Virus record (IMG/VR): IMGVR_UViG_2565956830_000008
Location: 1-64,000 of that record
Direction: 5' to 3' (one strand)
Source: a virus
Lineage: Duplodnaviria > Caudoviricetes
Length of the DNA stretch: 64,000 bases
Shown here piece by piece: positions 28,653 through 37,839 of the stretch (position 1 is its first letter; the number at the start of each line of letters is the position of its first letter). Under the pieces are notes generated by a model. It saw nothing but the letters and a program-made list of their open reading frames with translations. It was not told the origin of the DNA and searched no databases. The position numbers were made by a program, and so were the translations under genes.

Positions 28653-30296
28653 TCAGCTGCTGCCTGCGGCGCAGACCAGTTCGAGCTGGGCGCCGGTTGC
28701 GCCGTCCGGGCAGACCGGGACGGTGATGAGGCGGGTGTCCACCGAGCGGTCGACGAGGGCGACGCACTCCTCCGCGAACAGCGCGGTGTAGTCGTTCGTG
28801 ACGAACTTCGTGCTGTCGTGAACGACGCCCAAGTTGACCTCCTCGCCACGGCCGATCTGGATCGAACCGGACGGGTAGACCAGGAAGTTCACGTTGGCCG
28901 GCCACTCGGTGGCCGGGGTGGCGGCGCCGATGTCGGACGGGACAGCCGGGGACAGGCCGCGCGCGAACTGCACCCGCACACCCAGCGTGGAGAACACGTC
29001 CTGGATGCAGGTCGGGGACAGGTCGCAGATGTTGACGCCGTTCTGCCGCGCCAGGTCGGACAGGAAGAGGTTCCGCGACCACCACGGGAACACGACTTCG
29101 AGGGCGATCGTGTCACAGAGGCTGTGGCGCTCGATCATGTCGGCGGCCTGGAGGGCGACGGCGGCGTAGATCGCCGACAGCGCGCCGAACGTGGGGGCCA
29201 TGACGACCGGCGTCGCGGTCTGAAGCGCCTGCTGGAACAGGACCTGCTTGATGCGGATCTCGTGCGCCACCATCGCGTTGCGCAGGTACCAGGCGACCAG
29301 CTCCGGGAAGTGGCGCTGCGTCAGGATGCCCGCCTCCAGGCACACACCGACGGCGTCACAGCGGACCTCGACCGGGTCCGGGCACGGGATCCGGAAGCAC
29401 GGCTTGGTGGCGCCGGAGATGTCGTCGGCCTCGGTGTGGACCCACGTCATCGAGGAAACGTCGAGGCTGAGCGGCTTGTAGTAGCGCAGACCACCGCGCG
29501 ACAGCTGGATCTCCGGGGCGTCCCACAGCATGTCGGGGCAGGCCACGCCAGTGATGTCATACAAGGTCTCGCTGGGCGCGCACCAGCCGCCGGAGGCGAC
29601 GAGGTCACCCTGCGGGAGCCGCGCCTGGTTCTGGGCAGCGAGCGCCACGGTGGTGCCCTCGGGCGCCGAGCTGGAATCGGTGACGACCAGGTCCTCCGCG
29701 AACGGGTGCCGGTAGGAGATGACCTGCCCCACGCCACCGCCGGCCGTCTTCAGGGCGTTGGCGCGGCTGATGATCCCGGTGACGACCTGCCCGAAGTCGA
29801 GCGGAGAACCCGGGGTGTACCCGGGAACGTCCACGGCCGCGGTGATGGTCGTGCCCGGAGCGGGCGGCTCCGGCAGCACGCGCGGCTGGGAGGCGCGCAC
29901 GGCACCCAGGTTCAGGACGGTCCGCTTCACGAGGGACGCGGAGGCGGACACCGCAGGCTCCGCCTCCGGCTCGGGCTCGGCCGGCGTGTCCTCATCGGCC
30001 GGGGCGGCGGGTGCCTCCGGCGCTTGCGGAGCCGCCGGGTCGTCGCCGCGAACCTTCGCCGCGAGCTGCTCGATCTCCGCAGCGGTGGCCCGCGCAGCGT
30101 CGATGCGGTCCTGCTGCTCCTGCCGCATGGCCTCGATACCCGCGGTGAGGGAGCGCAGCGCCTTGACGTCGTCGGGGGTGACGAGGTTGGACGTGGCCCT
30201 GGTGTCGAAGGCCTGAACGGCGCCTTCAAGGGCGGCGGCAAGCTGCTCGTCGTCCAGGGTGCCGAGGTCTTCGGGAAGCTCGAACGGCTCAGGCAT
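28653..30296 (-). CDS. Major capsid protein with N-terminal scaffold-like coiled coil
   Basis: 547 aa; LVASGGWCAPSETLYD, KPCFRIPCP and DSTKFVTNDYTALFAEE motifs of actinophage capsids. Confidence 0.9.
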   Translation of the reverse strand: MPEPFELPEDLGTLDDEQLAAALEGAVQAFDTRATSNLVTPDDVKALRSLTAGIEAMRQEQQDRIDAARATAAEIEQLAAKVRGDDPAAPQAPEAPAAPADEDTPAEPEPEAEPAVSASASLVKRTVLNLGAVRASQPRVLPEPPAPGTTITAAVDVPGYTPGSPLDFGQVVTGIISRANALKTAGGGVGQVISYRHPFAEDLVVTDSSSAPEGTTVALAAQNQARLPQGDLVASGGWCAPSETLYDITGVACPDMLWDAPEIQLSRGGLRYYKPLSLDVSSMTWVHTEADDISGATKPCFRIPCPDPVEVRCDAVGVCLEAGILTQRHFPELVAWYLRNAMVAHEIRIKQVLFQQALQTATPVVMAPTFGALSAIYAAVALQAADMIERHSLCDTIALEVVFPWWSRNLFLSDLARQNGVNICDLSPTCIQDVFSTLGVRVQFARGLSPAVPSDIGAATPATEWPANVNFLVYPSGSIQIGRGEEVNLGVVHDSTKFVTNDYTALFAEECVALVDRSVDTRLITVPVCPDGATGAQLELVCAAGSS

Positions 30297-30359
30297 GACC
30301 GGTGTCTCCTAGGGATCAAGGAGACTCGGCCCTAAACCAGCAGTCAGAAACGAATATTA
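30297..30359 (-). promoter_or_regulatory. Late leader element copy 7
   Basis: TAATAT-N13-CTGGTTTAGGGCCG, then 30 nt to ATG; GTCTCCT/AGGAGAC stem buries the RBS. Confidence 0.8.
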
Positions 30360-30410
30360 GCTGCACAGGCGGCCAGCTCAGGCCCAAGAGTGGCCGCCCG
30401 TGCCAGGGTG

Positions 30411-30647
30411 TCAGGTAGCGGTGACGCTGGTGGCGTCGGGTGCCGTGCTTTGGGCTGCGGATGCCTCACCGGGGTCGGGGTCGACGATGCTGCCCGGATA
30501 GTTCTTGGCGACCGCCTGTGCCGTGGCCGGGGCGTGGGTTTGGAAGGCGGTCTTGCCCTTGCCGCCATCGAGGACGACGCGGTACAGGGTGCGTACCGGT
30601 GCGGCGGACGCGCTCCTGGGCCGGGGCTTGTTGCAGCCGCACGCCAT
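30411..30647 (-). CDS. Small head-region protein (MACGC start)
   Basis: 78 aa, TGATG-coupled; resembles 30647-30805. Confidence 0.6.
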   Translation of the reverse strand: MACGCNKPRPRSASAAPVRTLYRVVLDGGKGKTAFQTHAPATAQAVAKNYPGSIVDPDPGEASAAQSTAPDATSVTAT

Positions 30648-30805
30648 CAGTTACTTCCCTTGCTGACCTCGCGGACCTGGCGGCCGTCGCCACGCGCGGC
30701 CATGGCGTCGGCGGTCGTCTTGTACGGGGTGGGCCCGAACACCCGGTTCCCGGCAGCGTCAACCACCTCGTACTGCTTCTTGTTCTTCTGGCAGGCACAC
30801 GGCAT
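30647..30805 (-). CDS. Small head-region protein (MPCAC start, 52 aa)
   Basis: Below the ORF-track cutoff; MPCACQKNKKQYEVVD...; fills the gap after the MuF fusion gene. Confidence 0.6.
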   Translation of the reverse strand: MPCACQKNKKQYEVVDAAGNRVFGPTPYKTTADAMAARGDGRQVREVSKGSN

Positions 30806-30808
30806 GGG

Positions 30809-33800
30809 TCAGTTCCCTTCCTGCTGCTGGGCAGCGGTTGCGGCGATCTCGGCGCGGAGGGGTGCGAGTCGCGCGGTGAGTTCTTCGAGTTCGGCGCGCG
30901 CGGCGGCTGCGCGCTCGGCTTCGCGGTCCTGGAGGGCTTGCGCGAACTGGTCGAGGAATGCGGGCTGGAGGAGTGCGGCGGTGACCTCGTCGACGGTGCT
31001 TGCGGTGAGCGCTTCGTCGCGGGCGCGGCCGTGCTCGGGTTCCGGCTCCCCGGCTGCGGCTCGCGGGGGTTCGCTGGCGGTGACCTCGTCGATGGCTGCC
31101 GCAGCCGCGGTGAGGGCGAGGTTCGACCGGTCGATGACCGTGGCAGCGGTCAGCGGCGAGGAGTGTCCCGGTACCGGCACGGACAGGACAGCGCGGAGCT
31201 GCCAACGCCCGTCGCTGCCCTGCGTCATGTGGTACGAGGGCTGGCACGCCTGGAACACGGTGCGATCCCACGGGGACAGCCAGGGTGCTGCCGCGCCGGA
31301 GAACCACAGGCCGCCCTCGTTCATGCCGACGGTGACGACCGCAGCAACGGTGCGCGTGTCGTCGAACTGGCAGACGGCGCTCTCGCACTCGTAGCCGTCC
31401 CGGTGATGGCCGACGTTCATCGTCATCGCACCGGCGCGGACCTCGCTGCCGTCGTCTAGGCGGAACGCGGCGCGAAGGAAATGGGAGAAGTCCAGTCCCC
31501 GCGCGGCGAGCTTCTCGATGGTGACCTTCCGGCCATGCGAGGCATGCGGTACACCCCGCTGCGCCACCCAGCCGTAGGCGCGGCCGTCGACGATGTGGAC
31601 GCCGCCGCTCCCGGGCGGGAGTTCCTCGGGGGTGGGCTCGCGGAACCATTCGGCACGCATGGGCTGTTCGGCATGCATCACCTGCCAGGCGGAGGCGACG
31701 ATCTGGGCTCCGCGCTCGTCGTACAGGGCGTCGAGTGCGGCAGATGCCGTCGCCTCATCGCTCCACGGCGGTTGGATCGTGTCATCGTCGAAGGCCTTCG
31801 CGAGCTTCTGGTACAGCGTCTCGACGCGGGACCTGACGGCCTTGCGGTCGTCGTCCGGGAGGTCGACGCCGCCCATCGAGCCTTCGAGGACATCGGCTGC
31901 CGCGTACACGCCGTCGGCGACGATCTCCAGGCGCTGCGTGTCGCCGTCGGTGAACACGTCCGCGAAGGGCAGCTTGTAGGCGCCGGCCGTGGCCGGGTCG
32001 GCGGCGTCATCGCGGTACAGGAAGCCCTGGCCCAGCTTGTCCGCGTCGACGTCGCCCTTGTCGTCGGTGGCCCAGGCGAGGATGCGGGACGCCGCCTTGC
32101 TGCCGTCCCAGGCTGCTTCCGCATCGTCGTGCACGGGCAGGTCCGAGTCACCGAACGCGGCGGCCGTGACCTCGCCCTCGGGCAGCGTGGAGGCACCCAC
32201 GTACAGGCCCCGGGCGAGCCGTACGACGGTGCCAGCCTCGATGGCGCGGGCGAGATGGCTGTGGACCGTCTCCAGGGCCATGCCGAGCTTGTCGGCGAGG
32301 TGGCGGGGGCCGACCGGTGTCGGGGAGGAACGCACGTAGGTGACGAGCCGCTCGTGACTGTCACCCGAGGCGGCCACCAGTACGGGCGCGGACGCGGTCT
32401 GCTCGCCGGGCGGGTCGAGGACGATGCGGGCCTTGTCGTAGGCGGGCATCGACACGAGGGTGGCCCCACGCAGGCGGGCGCGGGTGATCCTGACGAGGAA
32501 GTCCCCGGACTTCTCCTCGTGGAAGACGACGCCCTCGCCCGGGTCGGATTCGCCGGCGGCCGCGGTGAGCTGGTTGCCGAACACGCGGCGCGCGGTCGCG
32601 GCCGAGATGGTTCCGCCGGGGCTGGTGAACAGCATCGTCGTGCGGGCGCTGTGCGCCATTTCGACGCCCGACGCGGTCCACTCTGCGCGTTCCCGGCCGC
32701 TGATCATCCACGTGCCGTCGTCGAGGCGCATGACGCTGGCCGACGCGAACGACGCTGCCAGGACCGGGATGTCGGCCTCGTCTTCGCCGGGGGTGGCGGT
32801 CGTGTCGACGAGTTGCACGTCCACGTCGTCCAGGTCCACGGACACACCGAGCGGGGCTCCCTGCTCCAGCAGGAGGACGGCGTCGAACCCGGCGGGCTGC
32901 GTCAGGTACAGGCCGCCGCTGCCGGTGATGTCGTCGCCTCTGCGGCCGAGCTTCTGGATCGACCCGGCCAGCTCGGCGCCGTCGTGGCCCTGCCCCATGG
33001 CTTCCGCGTACTGGAGCGGCCACGGCCCTGCACCGTCCCAGTACAGGGCGCCGCGGGTGAAGATCCTGCCGTCGCCGGTCTGCTGGTTTTCGAACGCGAG
33101 GGCGGCACCGTCGGGGGTGGACCAGGTACGGACCGGCGGCGGGGCTGTTTCTGCCTCTGCCTGGACGGGGGTGGCCATGGGGGGTTCCTCCTCTGCAGGG
33201 CCGAGCGGGATGTCGAAGTGCTCGCCGGCGAATGCGACGCGGACCCGGTCGAAGGTGACGGGGCCAACGCGCCCGACCAGGTCGTAGAAGCGCTCCGCGG
33301 CGGCGCTGTAGATCGCGGTCACGTGGGCATGCCACGGCGTGTGCTGCTCGGGGATATCGGGCAGCTCCGCGTAGGCGTCGGTCACGGCGTAGAGGGCGGC
33401 GACGTGCATGTCGTGCAGCGTCGGCGCGGACGGGTCGCGGTCCTCCCGGTCGTCGCCCATGTTCCACACCCACACGGGTTCGTCGCCGTGCGGGTTCCAG
33501 TGGGCGGCGCCGAACGCCCGCGCCGCCACAGGCGCGGTGCCCGCGTACTCGCGCATCGCCGCGACGAGGGCGGCGCGCTGCTCCTGGTTCCAGTCGGCGC
33601 CCTTGCCGAGGAACACGAGCGTGCAGTGCAGGTCCTCGGCCGACTCGCCACCATCCACGGCCAGGCGCTGCGCGTCCTCCTCCGTAGGGAGCAGCGCGAT
33701 CATCGCCCCCGTGTGCTGGGAGGCAGCGGCGGCCACTTCCCTTGGATTTGAAAATCCGGCCGTGGAGGCTTCCTGAGTTCCTGCGGCTGCGGTGCGCCGT

Positions 33801-34567
33801 TCTGGCGCCAATCGCAGGGTGCATCGGCAGTTGACGGTGAGCTGCGGCGGCGCAGTGGGGTCGCCGGGATAGTCCATCGCGACGCCGCCGACAGCGAAGG
33901 CCTCATCCAGCAGCCGCAGTTGACCGTTGACGTCCTTGTGGGTGTCGCGAACCTTCGTGTCACGCCGGGTCAGCCACTGCTTGACGAGGGGCCGGTCCGG
34001 GCTGGTGAGGTCCTGCGCTGCGGCCAGCGTGGACGCGTTCCACGCACGAGTGGATTCGGTACGGGCGATGCGTTCCTCACGGGTCTCGCCGAGCTCGGCA
34101 CCCGCACGGGAGAACAGGCCACGCAGCCGGGTGCGGAGCTGGTCGATGTCCTCGCCCGCGTCGCGGCCGGCAGCAAGCTCGGCGACGGCCGCCGCGGTGA
34201 GCCGGTCACCGACGGCGCGCAGCAGGTGCTCGGTGTCGGTGACGTACGAGCCGAGCGAGGCGGGCAGGTCGTCCCCACGGTCGTGCTGGCCTGGGAGGTC
34301 TTCCCACCCGTCGGGCAGCTCGGAGTTGACGTCGTCGGCGGCCTGGTGGGCTGCGGTCTCGGCGATCCCGAGGAGCCGCCGCATGATGCGCGGCACCCTG
34401 GCGGTCCACATGCGGCCGATCCGGGAGAGGGAGAACCGAGCGGCAACGATCTCGCTGGCGTCGCCAAGTCCCCTGCTGATCTCGGCCGCTACCTCGTCGA
34501 GGACAGCCCGCACTTCCTCGGCGACCGCCTGCTCGGCGGCCTGGAGCTGCTGTTCGACGTCAGCCAC
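30809..34567 (-). CDS. MuF minor head protein fused to a 2H phosphoesterase and capsid maturation/scaffold domains
   Basis: MuF motifs RIARTE, KQWLTRRD.KVRDTH, PGDP, NCRC; HCT and HVT 2H motifs; TGDGR and GATLV..PAY maturation-type motifs; wHTH-like segment. Confidence 0.8.
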   Translation of the reverse strand: MADVEQQLQAAEQAVAEEVRAVLDEVAAEISRGLGDASEIVAARFSLSRIGRMWTARVPRIMRRLLGIAETAAHQAADDVNSELPDGWEDLPGQHDRGDDLPASLGSYVTDTEHLLRAVGDRLTAAAVAELAAGRDAGEDIDQLRTRLRGLFSRAGAELGETREERIARTESTRAWNASTLAAAQDLTSPDRPLVKQWLTRRDTKVRDTHKDVNGQLRLLDEAFAVGGVAMDYPGDPTAPPQLTVNCRCTLRLAPERRTAAAGTQEASTAGFSNPREVAAAASQHTGAMIALLPTEEDAQRLAVDGGESAEDLHCTLVFLGKGADWNQEQRAALVAAMREYAGTAPVAARAFGAAHWNPHGDEPVWVWNMGDDREDRDPSAPTLHDMHVAALYAVTDAYAELPDIPEQHTPWHAHVTAIYSAAAERFYDLVGRVGPVTFDRVRVAFAGEHFDIPLGPAEEEPPMATPVQAEAETAPPPVRTWSTPDGAALAFENQQTGDGRIFTRGALYWDGAGPWPLQYAEAMGQGHDGAELAGSIQKLGRRGDDITGSGGLYLTQPAGFDAVLLLEQGAPLGVSVDLDDVDVQLVDTTATPGEDEADIPVLAASFASASVMRLDDGTWMISGRERAEWTASGVEMAHSARTTMLFTSPGGTISAATARRVFGNQLTAAAGESDPGEGVVFHEEKSGDFLVRITRARLRGATLVSMPAYDKARIVLDPPGEQTASAPVLVAASGDSHERLVTYVRSSPTPVGPRHLADKLGMALETVHSHLARAIEAGTVVRLARGLYVGASTLPEGEVTAAAFGDSDLPVHDDAEAAWDGSKAASRILAWATDDKGDVDADKLGQGFLYRDDAADPATAGAYKLPFADVFTDGDTQRLEIVADGVYAAADVLEGSMGGVDLPDDDRKAVRSRVETLYQKLAKAFDDDTIQPPWSDEATASAALDALYDERGAQIVASAWQVMHAEQPMRAEWFREPTPEELPPGSGGVHIVDGRAYGWVAQRGVPHASHGRKVTIEKLAARGLDFSHFLRAAFRLDDGSEVRAGAMTMNVGHHRDGYECESAVCQFDDTRTVAAVVTVGMNEGGLWFSGAAAPWLSPWDRTVFQACQPSYHMTQGSDGRWQLRAVLSVPVPGHSSPLTAATVIDRSNLALTAAAAAIDEVTASEPPRAAAGEPEPEHGRARDEALTASTVDEVTAALLQPAFLDQFAQALQDREAERAAAARAELEELTARLAPLRAEIAATAAQQQEGN

Positions 34568-34766
34568 GGTTCACCTCCGGGTCGTCGGGGTCGTCGCATA
34601 TCTCGCACAGGGCGTACGCGTGGCTCTTCGTCACCCCGGCCGGTGTCAGAAGGTGCAGGTTCGTGCAGGTGAGGGTGTACGCCTTGCACCTCGGGCACCA
34701 TTCGGTGCGCGGGGGACCCATCACCGCGGTGATGGTGAGCGGCGTGCTGCGGGGGCGGGGGCTCAT
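34560..34766 (-). CDS. Small zinc-ribbon protein
   Basis: 68 aa with CPRC...CEIC; ATGA-coupled to the portal gene. Confidence 0.55.
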   Translation of the reverse strand: MSPRPRSTPLTITAVMGPPRTEWCPRCKAYTLTCTNLHLLTPAGVTKSHAYALCEICDDPDDPEVNRG

Positions 34767-36511
34767 GCCGCCTCCGTGAAGCAGGTCGACAGGCGCAGCA
34801 GCTTCTCGGTCTCGTTGTAGGTGTGCGCCATGCGGGCGGCGATCAGGGCGCGCGCGTAGTCGTCGAGGGCGTCGGTCAGGCAGTCGGCATTCATGCCGTA
34901 GCGGGCGGCGACTTCGGGGACACGCACCCAAGCGCCGTCGAGGAGACGCCACGTGTCGATCATGTCGGCGTCGACCGGGTACACGGTGTGGACCTCGCCG
35001 GGGCGGATGTCCCGGGCTCGGGCACGTTCGGAGCGGGGGCAGGCGGGCTTGTTGCGGATGCGTTCCCCGGCGGCGGCGAGGGCGGCCCACATGAGGACGT
35101 CGACGGCCGCTACGAGGCCGTCGGCGATGCGGGGGCCGGCCGAGGCGGGCAGGGTGTCGGGGATGCTGGTCGTCTCACCTACTGGCAGCGTCGTCACGTT
35201 GCTCGGCGTCTCCTCGTCAGGGTTGTCGGCGGGCGCCTGGTCGGCGCTCTTGTTGCGGGCGGCCTCTTCGGCGGTGGGGGCGTCGGCCTCGTCGAAGCCG
35301 GTCTCTCGGCGGGCGGCGGCAGCGGAGATCAGGCCGGCTTGGAAGGCCTCAAGGGCGGTCTGGGCGCGGTTGGCCTGGACGCGGAGCTGGCTGGTGTCGT
35401 ACCAGACGAGCCACTCGTCGGGGTCCTCCACGCCGTCGTCTTCGAGGAGGGGGCGCAGCCACTGGGTGGTCAGGGCGTGGCAGACGATCGCCAGGCGCGG
35501 TTCCACGCCGAGGCGGACGGCTTCCGCGCTGATGGCCCACGCTGACCAGTGGTTCGCGTCGGACAGGCCCAGCAGGATTTCGGCGGGGACTTCCAGGCCG
35601 TTCGCGAAGCGGCGGATCGCCTCATCGCGGAGCTTCAGCGCGAGCTCGTCGAAGTTCGACTCGAACGACAGCCACTTGATGTCGGCGATGACCTCGGAGG
35701 GCACTTCGAGGATGATCGGCACCGTCGCGGCGGCGCTGTCGGGTTCGCGGATCGCGGTCGACGCGACGTCGAGGAACACTTCCAGCAGGTCGTCCTCTGC
35801 GTCGCCGCCCTGCCCCGGCGAGGTCGGGAAGCGCGTGCCCTTGGGGACGAGGAGCACACCGCGTCCGGTGATGCGGGAGCGGGCGATGGCGGCAACGGCC
35901 GCGTTGAGCAGCTGGAGTTCCTCCAGGAGGCCGAGGCTGGCGCGGACGGGGCTGTCGGCCTCGATGTGCCGGTCGGGGGACGGCTTCCACACGCGTATCG
36001 CGATCGGTGCCGTCGGGTCCGCGTCGGCGTTCGGATCGTACGGGGGGATCGCTATCTCTTCGCCTTCGATCTCGGCGACGAGTTTCCCTCCGCCCTGCGG
36101 CTTCACCTCGCGGGTGGACAGCACCCGCCAGTCGTAGCCATTGACCAGGTTGGTCTTGTCGACGGTGGGCTGGATGACGATCCAGCCTTCCCCGGCCACG
36201 ACGAGGTGCGGGCCGAAGTCGCCGAGGATCGTGGACTGCCCGTCGGGGCCGCCCGCGATCTCTTGGACGATCTCCGACGCCGGGTGGTTGTCGGGGGCGC
36301 GTTCGATCGTTCCGTCATCGGCGCGGCGCCCGGCGAACAGGGTCGCGCCGGACATGGCGTTGCCGACCCATGTGCCGGAGAAGCGGACTTCGGGGACTTC
36401 CTTGAAGAACCGCCACGCCTGTTCCTGCCATGAGGCGTTGGTCGTGCCCCTGCGAAGGTTGGCCGTCTTGACGCTGTAGCGGGCGGCTGCCGCGGTGAGC
36501 TGGCGGGGCAT
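34763..36511 (-). CDS. Portal protein
   Basis: 582 aa between terminase and MuF; WQEQAW, ADSPVR, VPIILEVP, LLGLSDANHWSAW motifs. Confidence 0.85.
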   Translation of the reverse strand: MPRQLTAAAARYSVKTANLRRGTTNASWQEQAWRFFKEVPEVRFSGTWVGNAMSGATLFAGRRADDGTIERAPDNHPASEIVQEIAGGPDGQSTILGDFGPHLVVAGEGWIVIQPTVDKTNLVNGYDWRVLSTREVKPQGGGKLVAEIEGEEIAIPPYDPNADADPTAPIAIRVWKPSPDRHIEADSPVRASLGLLEELQLLNAAVAAIARSRITGRGVLLVPKGTRFPTSPGQGGDAEDDLLEVFLDVASTAIREPDSAAATVPIILEVPSEVIADIKWLSFESNFDELALKLRDEAIRRFANGLEVPAEILLGLSDANHWSAWAISAEAVRLGVEPRLAIVCHALTTQWLRPLLEDDGVEDPDEWLVWYDTSQLRVQANRAQTALEAFQAGLISAAAARRETGFDEADAPTAEEAARNKSADQAPADNPDEETPSNVTTLPVGETTSIPDTLPASAGPRIADGLVAAVDVLMWAALAAAGERIRNKPACPRSERARARDIRPGEVHTVYPVDADMIDTWRLLDGAWVRVPEVAARYGMNADCLTDALDDYARALIAARMAHTYNETEKLLRLSTCFTEAA

Positions 36512-36513
36512 GC

Positions 36514-36846
36514 TCAGCCGTCCAGCGTGTCATCGCGCCGGTTCAGCAGGGCCTGTACGCCGGCCACCGCGAACCACTCGACGCCGTGCACGATCCACGA
36601 GGTGTTCCCCCAGCTGCCGGTGGCGCAGAGGTACGCGAGGAGCGTCACGCCGGACAGCCAGAACCCGAAGCAGTAGACGCAGCTGATGAGCTGGAGGAGG
36701 AAGCCGCGGGGCTGGGAGTCGATTTTGCGGGCGTGCCAGGCGGCGAGCCGTGTCCTGGCCGGGTCGAGGATTGAGTCATGGACGCCGAGCTGTGTCGCCC
36801 TGTAGGCGGCAAATCCGAGCACAGCGAGCACGGGCAGAGAGATCAC
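36514..36846 (-). CDS. DUF1360-like membrane protein
   Basis: AAYRATQL..DSI and LISCVYCFGFW motifs; three TM segments. Confidence 0.75.
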   Translation of the reverse strand: MISLPVLAVLGFAAYRATQLGVHDSILDPARTRLAAWHARKIDSQPRGFLLQLISCVYCFGFWLSGVTLLAYLCATGSWGNTSWIVHGVEWFAVAGVQALLNRRDDTLDG

Positions 36847-36886
36847 AGGCCGCCTCCATCAAGATCCCAGGTCAGGAACGGCGGCA

Positions 36887-36926
36887 AGGATACTGCGCGC
36901 GCACTGACCTTCAGTGCGCGCGCAGT
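36887..36926 (-). promoter_or_regulatory. -10 box TATCCT abutting a perfect 16-bp inverted repeat
   Basis: ACTGCGCGCGCACTGA-cct-TCAGTGCGCGCGCAGT at 36892-36926, upstream of the portal operon. Confidence 0.5.
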
Positions 36927-36945
36927 GCGCAGTAGGCGGGCGGGA

Positions 36946-37035
36946 TCAGAACAGGGCGATCGTTTCGATGTCGCCCGCGTCGAGGTCTTCCGCCGTCAGC
37001 TCTAGCGCGGCGGCGACGCCCCTCCACCGCAGCGA
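36946..37035 (-). pseudogene. C-terminal remnant resembling the end of 37840-38085
   Basis: Reads LELTAEDLDAGDIETIALF* versus LQLVETEDGDVGDVEAMSLF*; in-frame stop upstream. Confidence 0.4.
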
Positions 37036-37254
37036 CCTTCAGGCTGTGGGCGTGCGGGGCGGGACAGATCCAACTGGCAGCACGTCCGCGACGGTGCTTG
37101 CATGGAGATTGAGCTATGCCCTCGTGTGAGCACCGAGGAAGGTCCATCTACGCGCTCACCTGCCCCGGCTTTCGGCGCCCGTTTGCAGCGCACAGCAGCA
37201 TGCCGGACAGGAGCAGGTCTGCACGACGCAATTCATCAACCAGAGGTGGCAACC

Positions 37255-37818
37255 ATGCCCGCGACCGCCACAAAGATCGACTCCACGTGTCATTCACCAC
37301 TGTTGTTCATCGGGGGCGTGCTCTTGCGCCCGTCGGCCCCGGGAGCCCTCGAGCAGTTTCCAGACGCGAAATACGTACTCGGCGTGGACATTATCGGCCC
37401 GCCCGAGTACAGGGTTGTACTGGATAACCTCATGCTGTTCCTCACCATCACGGATCCCCCCTTGAACGCGGACGGGACCGGGGTGTTCTTCGTCCAGCAT
37501 GCGGATACCGGCTGGCTTTGGGGCCTCCCCGTAAGTGACGCCACACCCCCAGGTATGGACGGCTGGAAGGAAGACCCGCACCAGCCGCATCAGCCCACGA
37601 GGCGACTGCGAGGCCGGAAGCTCCATGACGCGATCTGGTCGGGCCCCGCTAACGGCTCGACCTACTGGATCGGCGTGAACGGCTTGAAAGACACGCAAAC
37701 TTTGTCCTTCACCGCCTACCCGATGGCAGAGAAGGCTGTCGCTACCACGAGCGGATGCACTATCCAGATGACGGGCCTCAGCATCAACGAAAATCTCAAC
37801 GGGACTTGGGGCGGTTAG
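37255..37818 (+). CDS. Moron, hypothetical beta-rich protein
   Basis: ATG 37255 with GAGGTGG RBS; opposite strand, lower GC. Confidence 0.65.
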   Translation: MPATATKIDSTCHSPLLFIGGVLLRPSAPGALEQFPDAKYVLGVDIIGPPEYRVVLDNLMLFLTITDPPLNADGTGVFFVQHADTGWLWGLPVSDATPPGMDGWKEDPHQPHQPTRRLRGRKLHDAIWSGPANGSTYWIGVNGLKDTQTLSFTAYPMAEKAVATTSGCTIQMTGLSINENLNGTWGG

Positions 37819-37839
37819 CCCCCAACAACCCCAGCCCGG

